Origin: a virus
Reading direction: 5' to 3' (one strand)
DNA length: 64,000 nucleotides
IMG/VR virus record: IMGVR_UViG_3300021375_001810
Below, piece after piece: positions 1 to 10,007 of this stretch. Each line of letters opens with the position of its first letter. Position 1 is the stretch's first letter. Made by a program: the position numbers and the translations under genes. The notes beneath the pieces were generated by a model. It did not search any database. It saw only the letters and a list, made by a program, of their open reading frames with translations, and was not told where the DNA came from.

Positions 1-29
1 CGGCATTCTAAATAAAGGAATAACCTTGA

Positions 30-2786
30 ATGGCGAACATCTGGACAGTACAAAATAACCTAAGTTTAGGAACATATAACGAATCAGTATCATTAAGTGG
101 TGCTAACGCAATTCAGTTAGCAGTTCCTGTTGGTACTACAATAGCACTGATTAGCGGAAACATTCCTCCAGGTTTAAGAATTGACGGTACAACTCTTAGA
201 GGTACTCCGCTAGAAGTTGCAAGAGAAACAGAATTTAAATTTGTACTAAGAGCAACACTTAACAACGAAGTTGAAGATAGAACTTTTAAAATTACGATTG
301 TAGGTGCTGATGCTCCTGTGTGGGTTACACCACAAGGCGAATTAGCACTTGGTAACAATGATGCATTATATGTTTTAGACTCAAGTCCAATAAACTATCA
401 ATTGCAAGCCACTGATAAAGATTTAGCAGCTGGACAAAATTTAGAATACTTTATAGCATCGGGGGACGGACAATTACCACCGGGTATTACATTATCATCT
501 ACAGGCTTAATTAGTGGAGTTGTTGATCCAGTATTAGCGTTAGACAAATTAGCAGCTCAAGGTTATTATGATGATAACGCATACGGAGCATATGCATTTG
601 ACTTTGGTACAAGACCGGCAAACGGTTATGATAGTTATTTTTATGACGTAGACACATATGACCTAAGTGTACCAACAAAGTCACCTAAAAAACTTAATAG
701 GAATTATCAATTTACTGTAAGTGTATCAGACGGTGATACCGTGGCTAAACGTAAATTTAGAATTTATGTAGTCGGTGATGATTTCTTAAGATCAGACAAC
801 ACTATATTACAAATTGGTGATGCGACATTTAGTGCAGATAATACACACGTTAGAACTCCTATATGGCTAACACCAGGAAACCTTGGATACCGACGTGCAA
901 ATAATTATGTTACTTTATTTTTAGACATTGTTGATAAAGAAACACTGTCAGGATTTGTTGGGTTTACATTAGAAGATGTAAACGACGACGGTACTCCTAG
1001 TGTTATTCCTCCAGGATTAGAACTTGATAGTGCTACAGGTGAATTAGCAGGTGTTGTTCCATATCAACCAGCGGTTACAAAAGAATACAAATTTACTGTA
1101 AATGCTGTTCGTTATGCAGCAACAGGAACAACTACATTTGAAAATGTAGATATTGTTATACACGATAATGCTGTAAAAGGTGACACAGTAATTAAAATTA
1201 AGAAAAACAATAGACTTCTTGATTTATTAGATCAAACTATCACTATTAAAGGACAAACGTATTTGATAACAGAAGTTAATAATGCTATATTAGCATTTGA
1301 TACTATTACTATCAATAGACCTTTAGAAACATACACAAGAGCAGGTCTTGTGTTTACAGAAGAACTTACTGATAGCACAACTAGTACACTCGAAGCAAAC
1401 AAAAAGAAAACATTTACAGTAACATTACTAGGCGAAGTTGATTCAACTATTACATGGTTATCAGGTAGTAATTTAGGTATTATTGGAGCAAACTATACAA
1501 GTGTATTTGCTGTTAAGGCTAAAACATCTGTACCAAATGCTGTTATAAGATATACATTGACTAGTGGTAGATTACCGCCCGGACTTACACTTGCACTTGA
1601 TGGTGAAATATTTGGTAAGGTAAGACAGTTTGGTGAAAACTATTATAGATCTTTTTGGAAATCAGGAAGGGTATATAACGCTGGAGATGTTGTAAATTAT
1701 AATGGAAACTTGTATCTTGGAAATAGTACACATACTTCAAGTGGATCTTTTAGCACTGATTTAATTACTAAATGGGAGCCTTACAAATTTGTTAAATCAG
1801 GATTACCAACTTTTGATTCTGGTGAATTAGTACTTGACGGAGACAGTACAACTGTTGATAAGTCTTATACATTTACAGTTAATGCAGAAGACCAATTTGG
1901 ATTTAGTGCAACAACAAAATCATTTACTATTAATGTTGACGATCCAAATGATTTTGTGTACAGTAATTTAATTGTACAACCAATGATGAAAGAAACACAA
2001 AAAGCACTCTTTAATAACTTTATTAGTGATCCTACTATCTTTACTCCGAGTGATATTTATAGACCAAGTGACATACAGTTTGGTATACAGAACCAAATTA
2101 AAATGTTAGTGTATGCAGGAATTGAAACTAAGTTTATACAAGACTATGTTGCAGCTGCTTCTAAAAACCATAAACGTAAGAAATTTAAATTTGGTAATAT
2201 AAACACGGCTATTGCAAAAATACCAGGAACAAATGATTCAGTATACGAGGTTGTATATGTAGATATAATTGACCCAGCAGATACTAACAAAGGTGTTGTT
2301 AGAGAAAGTATAAAAATTAAAACTAATAATGCACTTAAAATTAATCAATCAAATTTTGAAACACAGGATAACTCATCAGGAACAATAGATCAAAACAGTG
2401 ATAGATTTAGACCTAAAACTAATCCTATAGACATAAGCAGCGATGCTGTCAAAATTAGTGAAAATTTAGATAACAAACGATACATAAGTAACATAACGAA
2501 TATGAGAAACCAACTTGCTAAAGTCGGTGTTTCAGATGGGAACTTCTTGCCATTATGGATGAGAACCCCACAAGAGAACAGTATTGAAGAACTAGGATAT
2601 ATTACAGCAGTTCCGTTGTGTTATTGTAAGCCTGGTCAAAGTGCTGACATAATTATAAACATTAAAAACAGTGGATTCGACTTTAGTACATTAGAGTTTG
2701 AAGTTGATAGATATGTAATTGATTCAACTAAAGGTAATAGTGAGGAACAATACATCCTTTTCGCAAACTACGAGTTTAATATTTAA
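30..2786 (+). CDS. Virion structural protein with several putative Ig (He_PIG-like) repeats and a CBM5/12-like segment
   Basis: 918-aa ORF; repeated LPPG(L/I)xL...G motifs (IPPGLRIDG, LPPGITLSSTG, IPPGLELDSATG, LPPGLTLALDG); WKSGRVYNAGDVVNYNGNLY resembles CBM5/12. Confidence 0.7.
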   Translation: MANIWTVQNNLSLGTYNESVSLSGANAIQLAVPVGTTIALISGNIPPGLRIDGTTLRGTPLEVARETEFKFVLRATLNNEVEDRTFKITIVGADAPVWVTPQGELALGNNDALYVLDSSPINYQLQATDKDLAAGQNLEYFIASGDGQLPPGITLSSTGLISGVVDPVLALDKLAAQGYYDDNAYGAYAFDFGTRPANGYDSYFYDVDTYDLSVPTKSPKKLNRNYQFTVSVSDGDTVAKRKFRIYVVGDDFLRSDNTILQIGDATFSADNTHVRTPIWLTPGNLGYRRANNYVTLFLDIVDKETLSGFVGFTLEDVNDDGTPSVIPPGLELDSATGELAGVVPYQPAVTKEYKFTVNAVRYAATGTTTFENVDIVIHDNAVKGDTVIKIKKNNRLLDLLDQTITIKGQTYLITEVNNAILAFDTITINRPLETYTRAGLVFTEELTDSTTSTLEANKKKTFTVTLLGEVDSTITWLSGSNLGIIGANYTSVFAVKAKTSVPNAVIRYTLTSGRLPPGLTLALDGEIFGKVRQFGENYYRSFWKSGRVYNAGDVVNYNGNLYLGNSTHTSSGSFSTDLITKWEPYKFVKSGLPTFDSGELVLDGDSTTVDKSYTFTVNAEDQFGFSATTKSFTINVDDPNDFVYSNLIVQPMMKETQKALFNNFISDPTIFTPSDIYRPSDIQFGIQNQIKMLVYAGIETKFIQDYVAAASKNHKRKKFKFGNINTAIAKIPGTNDSVYEVVYVDIIDPADTNKGVVRESIKIKTNNALKINQSNFETQDNSSGTIDQNSDRFRPKTNPIDISSDAVKISENLDNKRYISNITNMRNQLAKVGVSDGNFLPLWMRTPQENSIEELGYITAVPLCYCKPGQSADIIINIKNSGFDFSTLEFEVDRYVIDSTKGNSEEQYILFANYEFNI

Positions 2787-2790
2787 TAAC

Positions 2791-2798
2791 GATAAATA
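2791..2798 (+). promoter_or_regulatory. Putative late promoter GATAAATA
   Basis: TAAATA motif recurring upstream of structural genes; followed by SD AGGAG and ATG 2819. Confidence 0.6.
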
Positions 2799-2818
2799 GT
2801 TGTAGGAGAACATAAAAC

Positions 2819-3445
2819 ATGGCAAGTAATATAACCAACGCAAATATAGACGCTGACTTTCCAATAGCAGGTCAGGATAACGATAGCCAAGGCTTTCGTG
2901 ATAACTTTAGTGAAATTAAAACAGGCTTAGGTACAGCGGCTACAGAAATAACATCTTTGCAAACAACTACTGCAAAGTTAAATGCAAACAATACTTTTTA
3001 CGATAGTGAAAATGCTGTTCCAGTCGAATTAATTAATCCAAGATTAAGAGAAATTACTAAAACTTATCATCAAACAGGTTCTCAAGGTAGTGCTCAACAA
3101 GTATCACCGTTTGATGTTTCTTTTTCAGGTATTGAAGGCGGACATTATCATAAAATTACAGTTGGTGCAGTATCGCCAAGTGTTAGTGCAAACATGACAG
3201 TAAATGTTAGTGGTTGGCCAGCATCAGGTGAATATGCAGAGATGCGTTGTGAAATTTTTGCTCAATCAGGACATGCTATAACAGTTACTTGGGCAGCAGG
3301 CTTAGGTAGCGTTTTAAAAACTGACGGTAACGCAATATGGGATTCATTTGTTGTTAACAGTTCAGCTAATCCGCACATTGTTGATTTTTGGACAACAGAT
3401 GGCGGTAATACTGTATATGGCAGATATCTAGGACAATATTCTTAA
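2819..3445 (+). CDS. Putative virion structural protein
   Basis: 208 aa, MASNI...FPIAGQDNDSQGFRDNF N-terminus, beta-rich; late promoter and SD upstream. Confidence 0.55.
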   Translation: MASNITNANIDADFPIAGQDNDSQGFRDNFSEIKTGLGTAATEITSLQTTTAKLNANNTFYDSENAVPVELINPRLREITKTYHQTGSQGSAQQVSPFDVSFSGIEGGHYHKITVGAVSPSVSANMTVNVSGWPASGEYAEMRCEIFAQSGHAITVTWAAGLGSVLKTDGNAIWDSFVVNSSANPHIVDFWTTDGGNTVYGRYLGQYS

Positions 3446-3447
3446 GA

Positions 3448-3675
3448 ATGACACACCCTCTAACAAAAGTTGGAACATTAAAGGATAACGAGTTAGAAGA
3501 TAAAATTATTGATCTAAGTTCTCGTTATTGGAAAACAACTAATCCAGAAGTACAACAACAAATCATGCTAATTCTTGATGATTATAGACAAGAACTTAGT
3601 GCTCGTCGTGCAAAACAGCAAGTTAAAGAACAAAATGGCGAAAATGATCTTGACAATTTAATTAATATCAGTTAA
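3448..3675 (+). CDS. Hypothetical helical protein
   Basis: 75-aa ORF tightly packed after previous gene. Confidence 0.6.
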   Translation: MTHPLTKVGTLKDNELEDKIIDLSSRYWKTTNPEVQQQIMLILDDYRQELSARRAKQQVKEQNGENDLDNLINIS

Positions 3676-3678
3676 ACT
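3650..3678 (+). promoter_or_regulatory. sigma70-type promoter TTGACA-N17-TAAACT
   Basis: Consensus -35, 17-nt spacer; ATG 3685 lies at the expected start site. Confidence 0.6.
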
Positions 3679-3684
3679 GTATAC

Positions 3685-4215
3685 ATGCTTATGAAAACTG
3701 ACGAACTCGGTATACCACGATTCTCTAACAAAGATTTAGTCGATATGATCTATACAGGTCATATGGATAAAGTTCATGTGGTTTTGTGCGATGCAAACGA
3801 CGATGTAGATAAGTTTAACAAGGCTATGGAAGAACAGGGTCTAGACAAACTACAAAAGTATATTCCACTAGATGTAGATCAAAAGACTTTTGACGGTGTA
3901 TGTCAAGGTGAATGGTTTATGCCTGATGAATACAAAGACATTAATGTATATGAATATGTGCTGGGCAAAGCAGAAACACCTTGTCCGCAACACATACAAG
4001 ACCGTATATGGGAAGAATTAGATGCTTTTAAAGAACGTGATATGCACAACTTATTACGTTATATGATCTATCTAGTAGACTTTATGCGTGAGAATGATAT
4101 TGTATGGGGTGTAGGTAGAGGTAGTTCAGTAGCAAGTTATGTGTTATACTTAATAGGTGTACACAAAATTAATTCAATTCAGTTTGACCTGGATTGGCGC
4201 GAGTTCCTTAGATAA
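3685..4215 (+). CDS. DNA polymerase III alpha (DnaE)-like fragment
   Basis: RIWEELDAF...YMIYLVDFMRENDIVWGVGRGSSVASYVLYLIGVHKIN matches the DnaE GxGRGS segment; only 176 aa, no PDxD catalytic motif. Confidence 0.75.
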   Translation: MLMKTDELGIPRFSNKDLVDMIYTGHMDKVHVVLCDANDDVDKFNKAMEEQGLDKLQKYIPLDVDQKTFDGVCQGEWFMPDEYKDINVYEYVLGKAETPCPQHIQDRIWEELDAFKERDMHNLLRYMIYLVDFMRENDIVWGVGRGSSVASYVLYLIGVHKINSIQFDLDWREFLR

Positions 4216-4218
4216 ATA
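4211..4218 (+). promoter_or_regulatory. Putative late promoter GATAAATA
   Basis: Motif upstream of SD AGGAG and ATG 4241. Confidence 0.55.
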
Positions 4219-4240
4219 CGTATATAATAGGAGAATTATA

Positions 4241-4654
4241 ATGGCAATGAATAAAAACGCAAACAAAGTTTACAAGACTATGAAGGGTAAAACCGTAGAC
4301 TTAGAACTTTTAAGACAAAAAAATGAAATGACTCCAGCTGTCGGTAATGCTAGAGTTAATGCACGTGGCGACGAATTAGGCCCAGGTGGCAAAATTATAC
4401 GTAAAAAAGAAGATGTACTTAGAGATTACTATGCAGATAATCCAGCAACTGTACCTGACGAAAGTGTAGGAAAAATTGTTGCAGATGAACCTGCGGCAGT
4501 AGAAGAATCAACATCTAAGCCTAAAACAACTAGAGCTCAAAAGAAAGCAGCATCTAAAGAAGTAGTAAATGAACCTACCGAAGCTGAACTTGCTGAGTTT
4601 GATGACGAATGGGTAGAAGATGAAGATGGCAATTTTGTTAAAAAAGGTGACTAA
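4241..4654 (+). CDS. Hypothetical protein with acidic C-terminus
   Basis: Start reassigned to ATG 4241 behind AGGAG; translationally coupled to groES. Confidence 0.65.
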   Translation: MAMNKNANKVYKTMKGKTVDLELLRQKNEMTPAVGNARVNARGDELGPGGKIIRKKEDVLRDYYADNPATVPDESVGKIVADEPAAVEESTSKPKTTRAQKKAASKEVVNEPTEAELAEFDDEWVEDEDGNFVKKGD

Positions 4655-5100
4655 TGTCTGAATATATTGATTATGACCGATTAACACAAGGTCAAAAAGG
4701 TGTCAAAATGACACACAAGGGGAAGCCTAGAGCAATAGGTAATCGTGTACTTGTTACCGGTATGGACTTTGGTGAACAAAAAACTGAAGGCGGAATTATT
4801 ATTGCAAGTGACGATGGAAAAACTAGAGGCATCTATCCTCGCTGGGGCCAAGTATATTCAAAAGGCCCAAAGAACAAAGATGTCTATAATGTAGGACAAT
4901 GGGTTCTAGTCGAACACGGTCGATGGACTAGAAGTTTTGAATGCGACACTGGCGAAGAAGTTTTAGTACTTAGAATGGTTGAAGCAGAAAGTGTGCTAGG
5001 CTATGCAGATGAAAAACCAAATGACTTACGTCTAGGTGAAGAATACAGTGACGGTCCAGACACCGTTGACCCACAATCGTTTATACCAGAAAAGGACTAG
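4654..5100 (+). CDS. groES: Co-chaperonin GroES-like
   Basis: RAIGNRVLV...EQKTEGGIII...GQVYSKGP...VGQWVL pattern of Cpn10. Confidence 0.8.
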   Translation: MSEYIDYDRLTQGQKGVKMTHKGKPRAIGNRVLVTGMDFGEQKTEGGIIIASDDGKTRGIYPRWGQVYSKGPKNKDVYNVGQWVLVEHGRWTRSFECDTGEEVLVLRMVEAESVLGYADEKPNDLRLGEEYSDGPDTVDPQSFIPEKD

Positions 5101-5103
5101 TAA

Positions 5104-5409
5104 ATGAACTACGTAGAAAAAATTGCCGAATGGCATCATGACCGTAATTTAATTGACGGAAGTACTGATAAAGATCAGTATATGAAGTTGATACAAGAAG
5201 CAGGTGAACTAAGTGATAACATCTGCAAAGGAAAAGATATTCGTGACGATATTGGAGACATGATGGTTGTACTAATTAACATCATGACTAGAAACGGTAT
5301 TACAATGGAAGAATGTCTTTCCGTAGCCTATGACGATATTAAAGATCGTAAAGGAATGATGGTAGACGGTGTGTTTATTAAAGAAGCAGATCTAACCAAA
5401 CTTTCTTAA
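5104..5409 (+). CDS. MazG-like NTP pyrophosphohydrolase
   Basis: KLIQEAGEL...DDIGDMMVVL...AYDDIKDRKG motif. Confidence 0.8.
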   Translation: MNYVEKIAEWHHDRNLIDGSTDKDQYMKLIQEAGELSDNICKGKDIRDDIGDMMVVLINIMTRNGITMEECLSVAYDDIKDRKGMMVDGVFIKEADLTKLS

Positions 5410-5428
5410 ATAATTCTTCCAAAAGAAC

Positions 5429-5457
5429 TTGACTCTTTAATGCTTATACAGTATAAT
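5429..5457 (+). promoter_or_regulatory. sigma70-type promoter TTGACT-N17-TATAAT
   Basis: Near-consensus elements with 17-nt spacer in intergenic DNA. Confidence 0.75.
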
Positions 5458-5479
5458 GTAAGCATTAAGGAGTTTTTTT

Positions 5480-5641
5480 ATGAAATTACCAACACAATTA
5501 ACAGGCTTAGGTACAATGGGGTTAACCGGAATTGTATTAATGTACCTGCATATTACTGGATCATTAGTAGGATGGGCTTGGCCTATTTTATACCTGTTTT
5601 TAATTATTGGCGGAATTGGCCAGGAGAATACTAAAAAATGA
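5480..5641 (+). CDS. Small two-TM membrane protein (53 aa; not in ORF track)
   Basis: Hand translation MKLPTQLTGLGTMGLTGIVLMYLHITGSLVGWAWPILYLFLIIGGIGQENTKK; SD AAGGAG upstream; ATGA overlap with next gene. Confidence 0.7.
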   Translation: MKLPTQLTGLGTMGLTGIVLMYLHITGSLVGWAWPILYLFLIIGGIGQENTKK

Positions 5642-6174
5642 GCATACATGCTTCTATTGATCTTGAAACAATTGACACAAAACCAAGTGCTACAGTTTTA
5701 AGTTTAGGTGGTGTTAAGTTTGATCCTAAATCAAACGACGAACCACATTCAGAATTTTATATTAAAATTTGCATCGAAGACCAAGATAAGTTAGGTCGTA
5801 GTGCAAGTGATGATACAATAGAATGGTGGGGCAAACAAGATGAACAAATACGTAATGAAGCATTTGATCAAACCGGAGCCGTTAGCGTAGATGAGGCTTT
5901 AAAACAGATTAGTAAGTTTAGTGTTGGTGTTGATACATTTTGGGGACAAGGATACGGTTTTGACTATACCATAATGGAAGACATGTTCCGCCAAGGCGGA
6001 AGACCTATTCCGTGGAACTTCTGGCAAATACGGGATTCTAGAACACTTTTTGGGTGTTGTAAACAAGATCCACGCAAAGCAATACAAAATGATTTACATA
6101 ATGCATTAGCAGATGCATACTATCAATCAAAAGCAATTCAGGTTGCTTACAAAGAATTAGGAATTCAGCGTTGA
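5638..6174 (+). CDS. DEDDh 3'-5' exo(ribo)nuclease, Rv2179c-like
   Basis: IDLETI, WGQGYGFD, RDSRT, HNALADA motifs. Confidence 0.85.
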   Translation: MSIHASIDLETIDTKPSATVLSLGGVKFDPKSNDEPHSEFYIKICIEDQDKLGRSASDDTIEWWGKQDEQIRNEAFDQTGAVSVDEALKQISKFSVGVDTFWGQGYGFDYTIMEDMFRQGGRPIPWNFWQIRDSRTLFGCCKQDPRKAIQNDLHNALADAYYQSKAIQVAYKELGIQR

Positions 6175-6199
6175 CAAATTGTACAAACAATGTTAAACT
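6171..6199 (+). promoter_or_regulatory. sigma70-type promoter TTGACA-N17-TAAACT
   Basis: 17-nt spacer, upstream of clamp loader. Confidence 0.6.
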
Positions 6200-6223
6200 A
6201 ATAGAAACAATACGGAGAAGAAC

Positions 6224-7138
6224 TTGAAAGAACTATGGGTAGAAAAGTATCGTCCTAAGACGATAGACGGTTATGTGTTTCGTGACGAGGCACAACGCAA
6301 TCAAGTAAAAACTTGGATTAAAGAAAAAACTATTCCACATTTGCTGTTTAGTGGTAATGCAGGCATTGGTAAAACTACACTTGCAAAATTACTATTCAAC
6401 GAACTTGAAATACAAGAATTAGATATTCTTGAAATAAACGCATCGCGAACAAACTCAGTAGATGATGTACGTGATAAAATTGTAAACTTTGTACAAATGA
6501 TTCCATTTGGGGAATTTAAGGTTGTATTATTAGATGAGGCTGACTACTTATCTCCAAACGCTCAAGCGGCGTTGCGTGGTGTTATGGAAGAGTATCATAC
6601 TACTGCTCGTTTCATTCTTACTTGTAACTATCCAAATCGTGTTATTCCCGCTTTGCATAGTAGGTGTCAAGGTTTCCACATTGCTAAAATTGACCAAACT
6701 GAGTTCACAGCTCGAGTCGCTGAAATACTTATCACTGAAGGTGTTACTCCTGATTTGGATACGCTAGATACATATGTAAAAGCAACATATCCAGACTTGC
6801 GTAAATGCATTAACACAGTACAAATGAATGTACAAGACAACAGTTTGCTAAAGCCCAATGAAGGCGATACAGGTGAAGCTGACTGGAAACTTGACATGGT
6901 TGAATTGTTTAAGGCAGGTAAAATTCAAGAGGCACGTAAGTTGTTATGTGGTGCTGTACGTCCTGAAGAGATGGAAGAAATTTATCGCTGGTTGTATGAC
7001 AACATTGAACTGTTTGGCGACAATCCGCAACAGGATAGAGCTGTACTTGTAATTAAACAAGGACTAGTAGATCATACACTAGTTGCAGATCCAGAGATTA
7101 ATTTAGCGGCAACACTTATTAGATTGGCTTCTCTTTAA
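6224..7138 (+). CDS. Sliding-clamp loader ATPase subunit (RFC-small / T4 gp44-like)
   Basis: LWVEKYRP, GNAGIGKT Walker A, LDEAD Walker B, SRC motif. Confidence 0.92.
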   Translation: MKELWVEKYRPKTIDGYVFRDEAQRNQVKTWIKEKTIPHLLFSGNAGIGKTTLAKLLFNELEIQELDILEINASRTNSVDDVRDKIVNFVQMIPFGEFKVVLLDEADYLSPNAQAALRGVMEEYHTTARFILTCNYPNRVIPALHSRCQGFHIAKIDQTEFTARVAEILITEGVTPDLDTLDTYVKATYPDLRKCINTVQMNVQDNSLLKPNEGDTGEADWKLDMVELFKAGKIQEARKLLCGAVRPEEMEEIYRWLYDNIELFGDNPQQDRAVLVIKQGLVDHTLVADPEINLAATLIRLASL

Positions 7139-7710
7139 TGCAGATCCTTGATAATATATTTCCTACAAGGCTAGTAGATGAAATTGAAAAGGCAATGTTG
7201 CATGTAGATACTCCATGGCAATATTCTGATCATACATACGGTAGAGGAAAACAACTTAGAAAAGGCGAAGTTGAAGAACATCAACTAGTACATGCCGCAT
7301 TTTATGAAGGTGACGGAACATATCTTTGGCCGTTGCTAAATGTTCCTTTGTACTTTATTGAAAAAGAACTTAGTCGAAAAATTATTAGTATACAGCGATG
7401 TAAAGTAAATACATTAATGTATACTCCACTATACGAAGATGGGTTGAATCATCCTGTACATGCAGATAGACACGAGCCAGGTTGGCATTCTATTATATAT
7501 TATGTTACAGACGGTGACAATCCTACAGTGTTTACAGATGTAAAATATCCTAATCTAGAACACGAAGAATCATCGTATAATATTGTTAACAAAGTAGAAC
7601 CACGTAAAGGTCGAGTTGTTATATTTCCAAGTGAACTATATCATGCAAGTACACCGACACAACTAAAGAAACGTGTGGCTGCTAATTATGTTGTAAAATT
7701 TGAAAAATAA
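7138..7710 (+). CDS. 2OG-Fe(II) oxygenase superfamily protein
   Basis: HAD...IIYY...[17 protein letters not shown]...R pattern. Confidence 0.75.
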   Translation: MQILDNIFPTRLVDEIEKAMLHVDTPWQYSDHTYGRGKQLRKGEVEEHQLVHAAFYEGDGTYLWPLLNVPLYFIEKELSRKIISIQRCKVNTLMYTPLYEDGLNHPVHADRHEPGWHSIIYYVTDGDNPTVFTDVKYPNLEHEESSYNIVNKVEPRKGRVVIFPSELYHASTPTQLKKRVAANYVVKFEK

Positions 7711-8060
7711 TGAGTTACTTAGTTACAGAAGATTGTATTAATTGTAAGCATATGACATGCGTAGAAGTATGTCCTGTGGATTGTTTTTACGAAGGTAAGA
7801 ACATGTTAGTAATTGACCCAAACGAGTGTATCGACTGTGGTGTTTGTGTACCAGAATGTCCAGTAGATGCAATCATTGGTGATCAAGAACCCGGATGGGA
7901 TCCAAATAGAATAAAGGCATTAGAAATACATAATGAAAAATATGCACAAAGATGGCCAAATATTACTGAGGCTAGAACGCCTCCAGAAGATGCAGAAGAC
8001 TGGGCTGGTGTAGAAAATAAAATGGATCTGTTTTCGGAGGAACCAGGACTTGGAGACTAA
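7710..8060 (+). CDS. fdxA: 7Fe/8Fe ferredoxin, FdxA-type
   Basis: [18 protein letters not shown] and [12 protein letters not shown]. Confidence 0.9.
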   Translation: MSYLVTEDCINCKHMTCVEVCPVDCFYEGKNMLVIDPNECIDCGVCVPECPVDAIIGDQEPGWDPNRIKALEIHNEKYAQRWPNITEARTPPEDAEDWAGVENKMDLFSEEPGLGD

Positions 8061-8283
8061 ATTAATTTCACCGTGTATTTCCGAGTGCGACAATAACGGA
8101 GAGTTTTGTCCTGCTTGTGGAAGAACAATGGAAGAAAAGTTTGAATGGAAAGGCGGAGCAGATATAGCTCGACAAAAACAAATTTTGGAAAACTGTGCAA
8201 ACCGTTTACCAAGACAAGACTTTGAGTATTGGGAGGAGATGTACGAGCTCAAAGTTGCTGAAAAAACAAGAGAGAATAATTAA
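8050..8283 (+). CDS. DUF1289-like Cys-rich protein
   Basis: SPCISEC...[13 protein letters not shown]. Confidence 0.7.
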   Translation: METKLISPCISECDNNGEFCPACGRTMEEKFEWKGGADIARQKQILENCANRLPRQDFEYWEEMYELKVAEKTRENN

Positions 8284-8284
8284 A

Positions 8285-8476
8285 ATGGCTACCCGAAACG
8301 ATATTACTGGAGACAGTATACAATCAAAAAGTAACTCTAAAAAGTTTAGAGATAATTATGATGCAATCTTTAACAAAAAAGATTACAAACATAAACAACA
8401 AGACCTAACTGAATTAAACAGTGACGGTAACAGAGAACGTGGACGCTACGGCGAAGATTTAAAAAAGGAAAAGTAA
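8285..8476 (+). CDS. Hypothetical protein
   Basis: Start reassigned to ATG 8285 (MATRNDITGD...). Confidence 0.6.
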   Translation: MATRNDITGDSIQSKSNSKKFRDNYDAIFNKKDYKHKQQDLTELNSDGNRERGRYGEDLKKEK

Positions 8477-9162
8477 TGACAGAAGTAAAACTAATATCAT
8501 ACAGCATGGTATCAAAAGAAATGTTTGATGCAGATAGTAGCCTACGTGACTTACAAGGTCTTGTTGCGTATTGTGCTAGAGTCAGTAATCCTGCAAACCA
8601 AATGAACAGTGAAACTAGTGAAAAACTTATCAAGTATTTGATTAAACATGCCCACTGGTCACCACTAGAAATGGTCAATGCTTGTTTGCAAATTGATACC
8701 ACACGTGACATTGCACATCAAGTTGTACGTCATCGTAGTTTTGCATTTCAAGAGTTTAGTCAACGTTATGCTAATCCAGAAGAAATGGGCGAACAATTTG
8801 TAATACGTGAAGCACGTTTACAAGACACTAAAAATAGGCAAAACAGTATTGCACTTGATTTAGAAGATCCTGCACAGGCTGCTATTGCCGATAGATGGGT
8901 ACAAGAACAGCAAGATGTAATATGGAGAGCTCAACAAGCATATAATTGGGCTATTGAAGCAGGTATTGCAAAAGAACAAGCCCGAAGTGTATTACCAGAA
9001 GGAAATACAAAAACAAGACTTTATATGAATGGTACACTTAGAAGCTGGATACATTATATCGATCTAAGAGGCGCTAATGGAACTCAACAAGAGCATATGG
9101 ATATTGCACATGCTTGCGCCAAAGTCATCGCAGACATCTTTCCTTTAATGAAAGAAATTTAA
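8476..9162 (+). CDS. thyX: Flavin-dependent thymidylate synthase
   Basis: HWSPLE, RHRSFAFQEFSQRY, EQARSVLP. Confidence 0.95.
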   Translation: MTEVKLISYSMVSKEMFDADSSLRDLQGLVAYCARVSNPANQMNSETSEKLIKYLIKHAHWSPLEMVNACLQIDTTRDIAHQVVRHRSFAFQEFSQRYANPEEMGEQFVIREARLQDTKNRQNSIALDLEDPAQAAIADRWVQEQQDVIWRAQQAYNWAIEAGIAKEQARSVLPEGNTKTRLYMNGTLRSWIHYIDLRGANGTQQEHMDIAHACAKVIADIFPLMKEI

Positions 9163-9164
9163 TT

Positions 9165-9198
9165 AAAAATGCCCTGCACTTAAAAAAGTTACAGGGCA
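9165..9198. terminator. Hairpin between convergent thyX and phoH
   Basis: TGCCCTG...CAGGGCA stem with A-tract on left (U-tract for minus strand). Confidence 0.6.
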
Positions 9199-9222
9199 CA
9201 AATTAAGGATGTCTATTCTATA

Positions 9223-9948
9223 TTATTCATCTCCATATAGTTGTAATATTTCTTTGACTGCATTATGTCTTTCAATATCTCCTTGTTCAAAGCGGACTAT
9301 GTCCAAATGATTCGCCTTAGAGGCTTCTAGTAGTTTCACAAAGTCTAGTAAGCCGTTATCTAGTAGTCTATCAGCCTGAGCTAAGTCGCCTGTGACTGCC
9401 ATTCTAGATCCTTCTCCTAAACGTGTAAGTAACATTTTCATCTGATTTGGCGTAGCATTTTGCATTTCATCTGCCAGTATATAAGAATTTTTAAATGTTC
9501 GCCCACGCATAAATGCTAACGGAGCAATCTCAATTATGCCTTCTTCGATCATGCCTTCAATTTCTTTTGCATTAAAGTATTCTCTAAGAACATCAAATAT
9601 TGGTCTTGTCCAAGGAGCCATTTTTTGTTCTAATGTGCCTGGTAGAAAACCTAAATCTTCGTCGACCGATACCGCTGGTCTTGTTACGATAATTTTATCA
9701 ATAGCACCTTCTTTAAAAAGTTTTACCGCTACTTGCACAGCCAAAATGGTTTTGCCTGTTCCTGCTGGACCAATACCGAAGACTATGTCTTTCTTTTGAT
9801 CTAACAGTCTTAACACGTAGGATTCTTGGTTTAAATTTCTTGGAAGTATGTTTACTGAAGTTTTCTTTTGATAAATGTTTATGTCTACTACATTGTTACT
9901 GTAGTTGTTTACGCTTTGTCTCTGACGAGACTTCTTTTTTGCACCCAT
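9223..9948 (-). CDS. phoH: PhoH-like ATPase
   Basis: GPAGTGKT, LGFLPG, MRGRTF, DEMQN, GDLAQAD; SD GGAGG upstream. Confidence 0.95.
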   Translation of the reverse strand: MGAKKKSRQRQSVNNYSNNVVDINIYQKKTSVNILPRNLNQESYVLRLLDQKKDIVFGIGPAGTGKTILAVQVAVKLFKEGAIDKIIVTRPAVSVDEDLGFLPGTLEQKMAPWTRPIFDVLREYFNAKEIEGMIEEGIIEIAPLAFMRGRTFKNSYILADEMQNATPNQMKMLLTRLGEGSRMAVTGDLAQADRLLDNGLLDFVKLLEASKANHLDIVRFEQGDIERHNAVKEILQLYGDE

Positions 9949-10007
9949 TAAGTCCTCCCTATGGATTTATTAAGTAAGGCCTGTGTCGGGACACCGCCCT
10001 ACAAAAA

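Noticed and set aside
5437-5649. ORF-track calls 5440..5634 (+) and 5437..5649 (-)
   Set aside because: They overlap the promoter; the SD-led 5480..5641 frame is the better gene.
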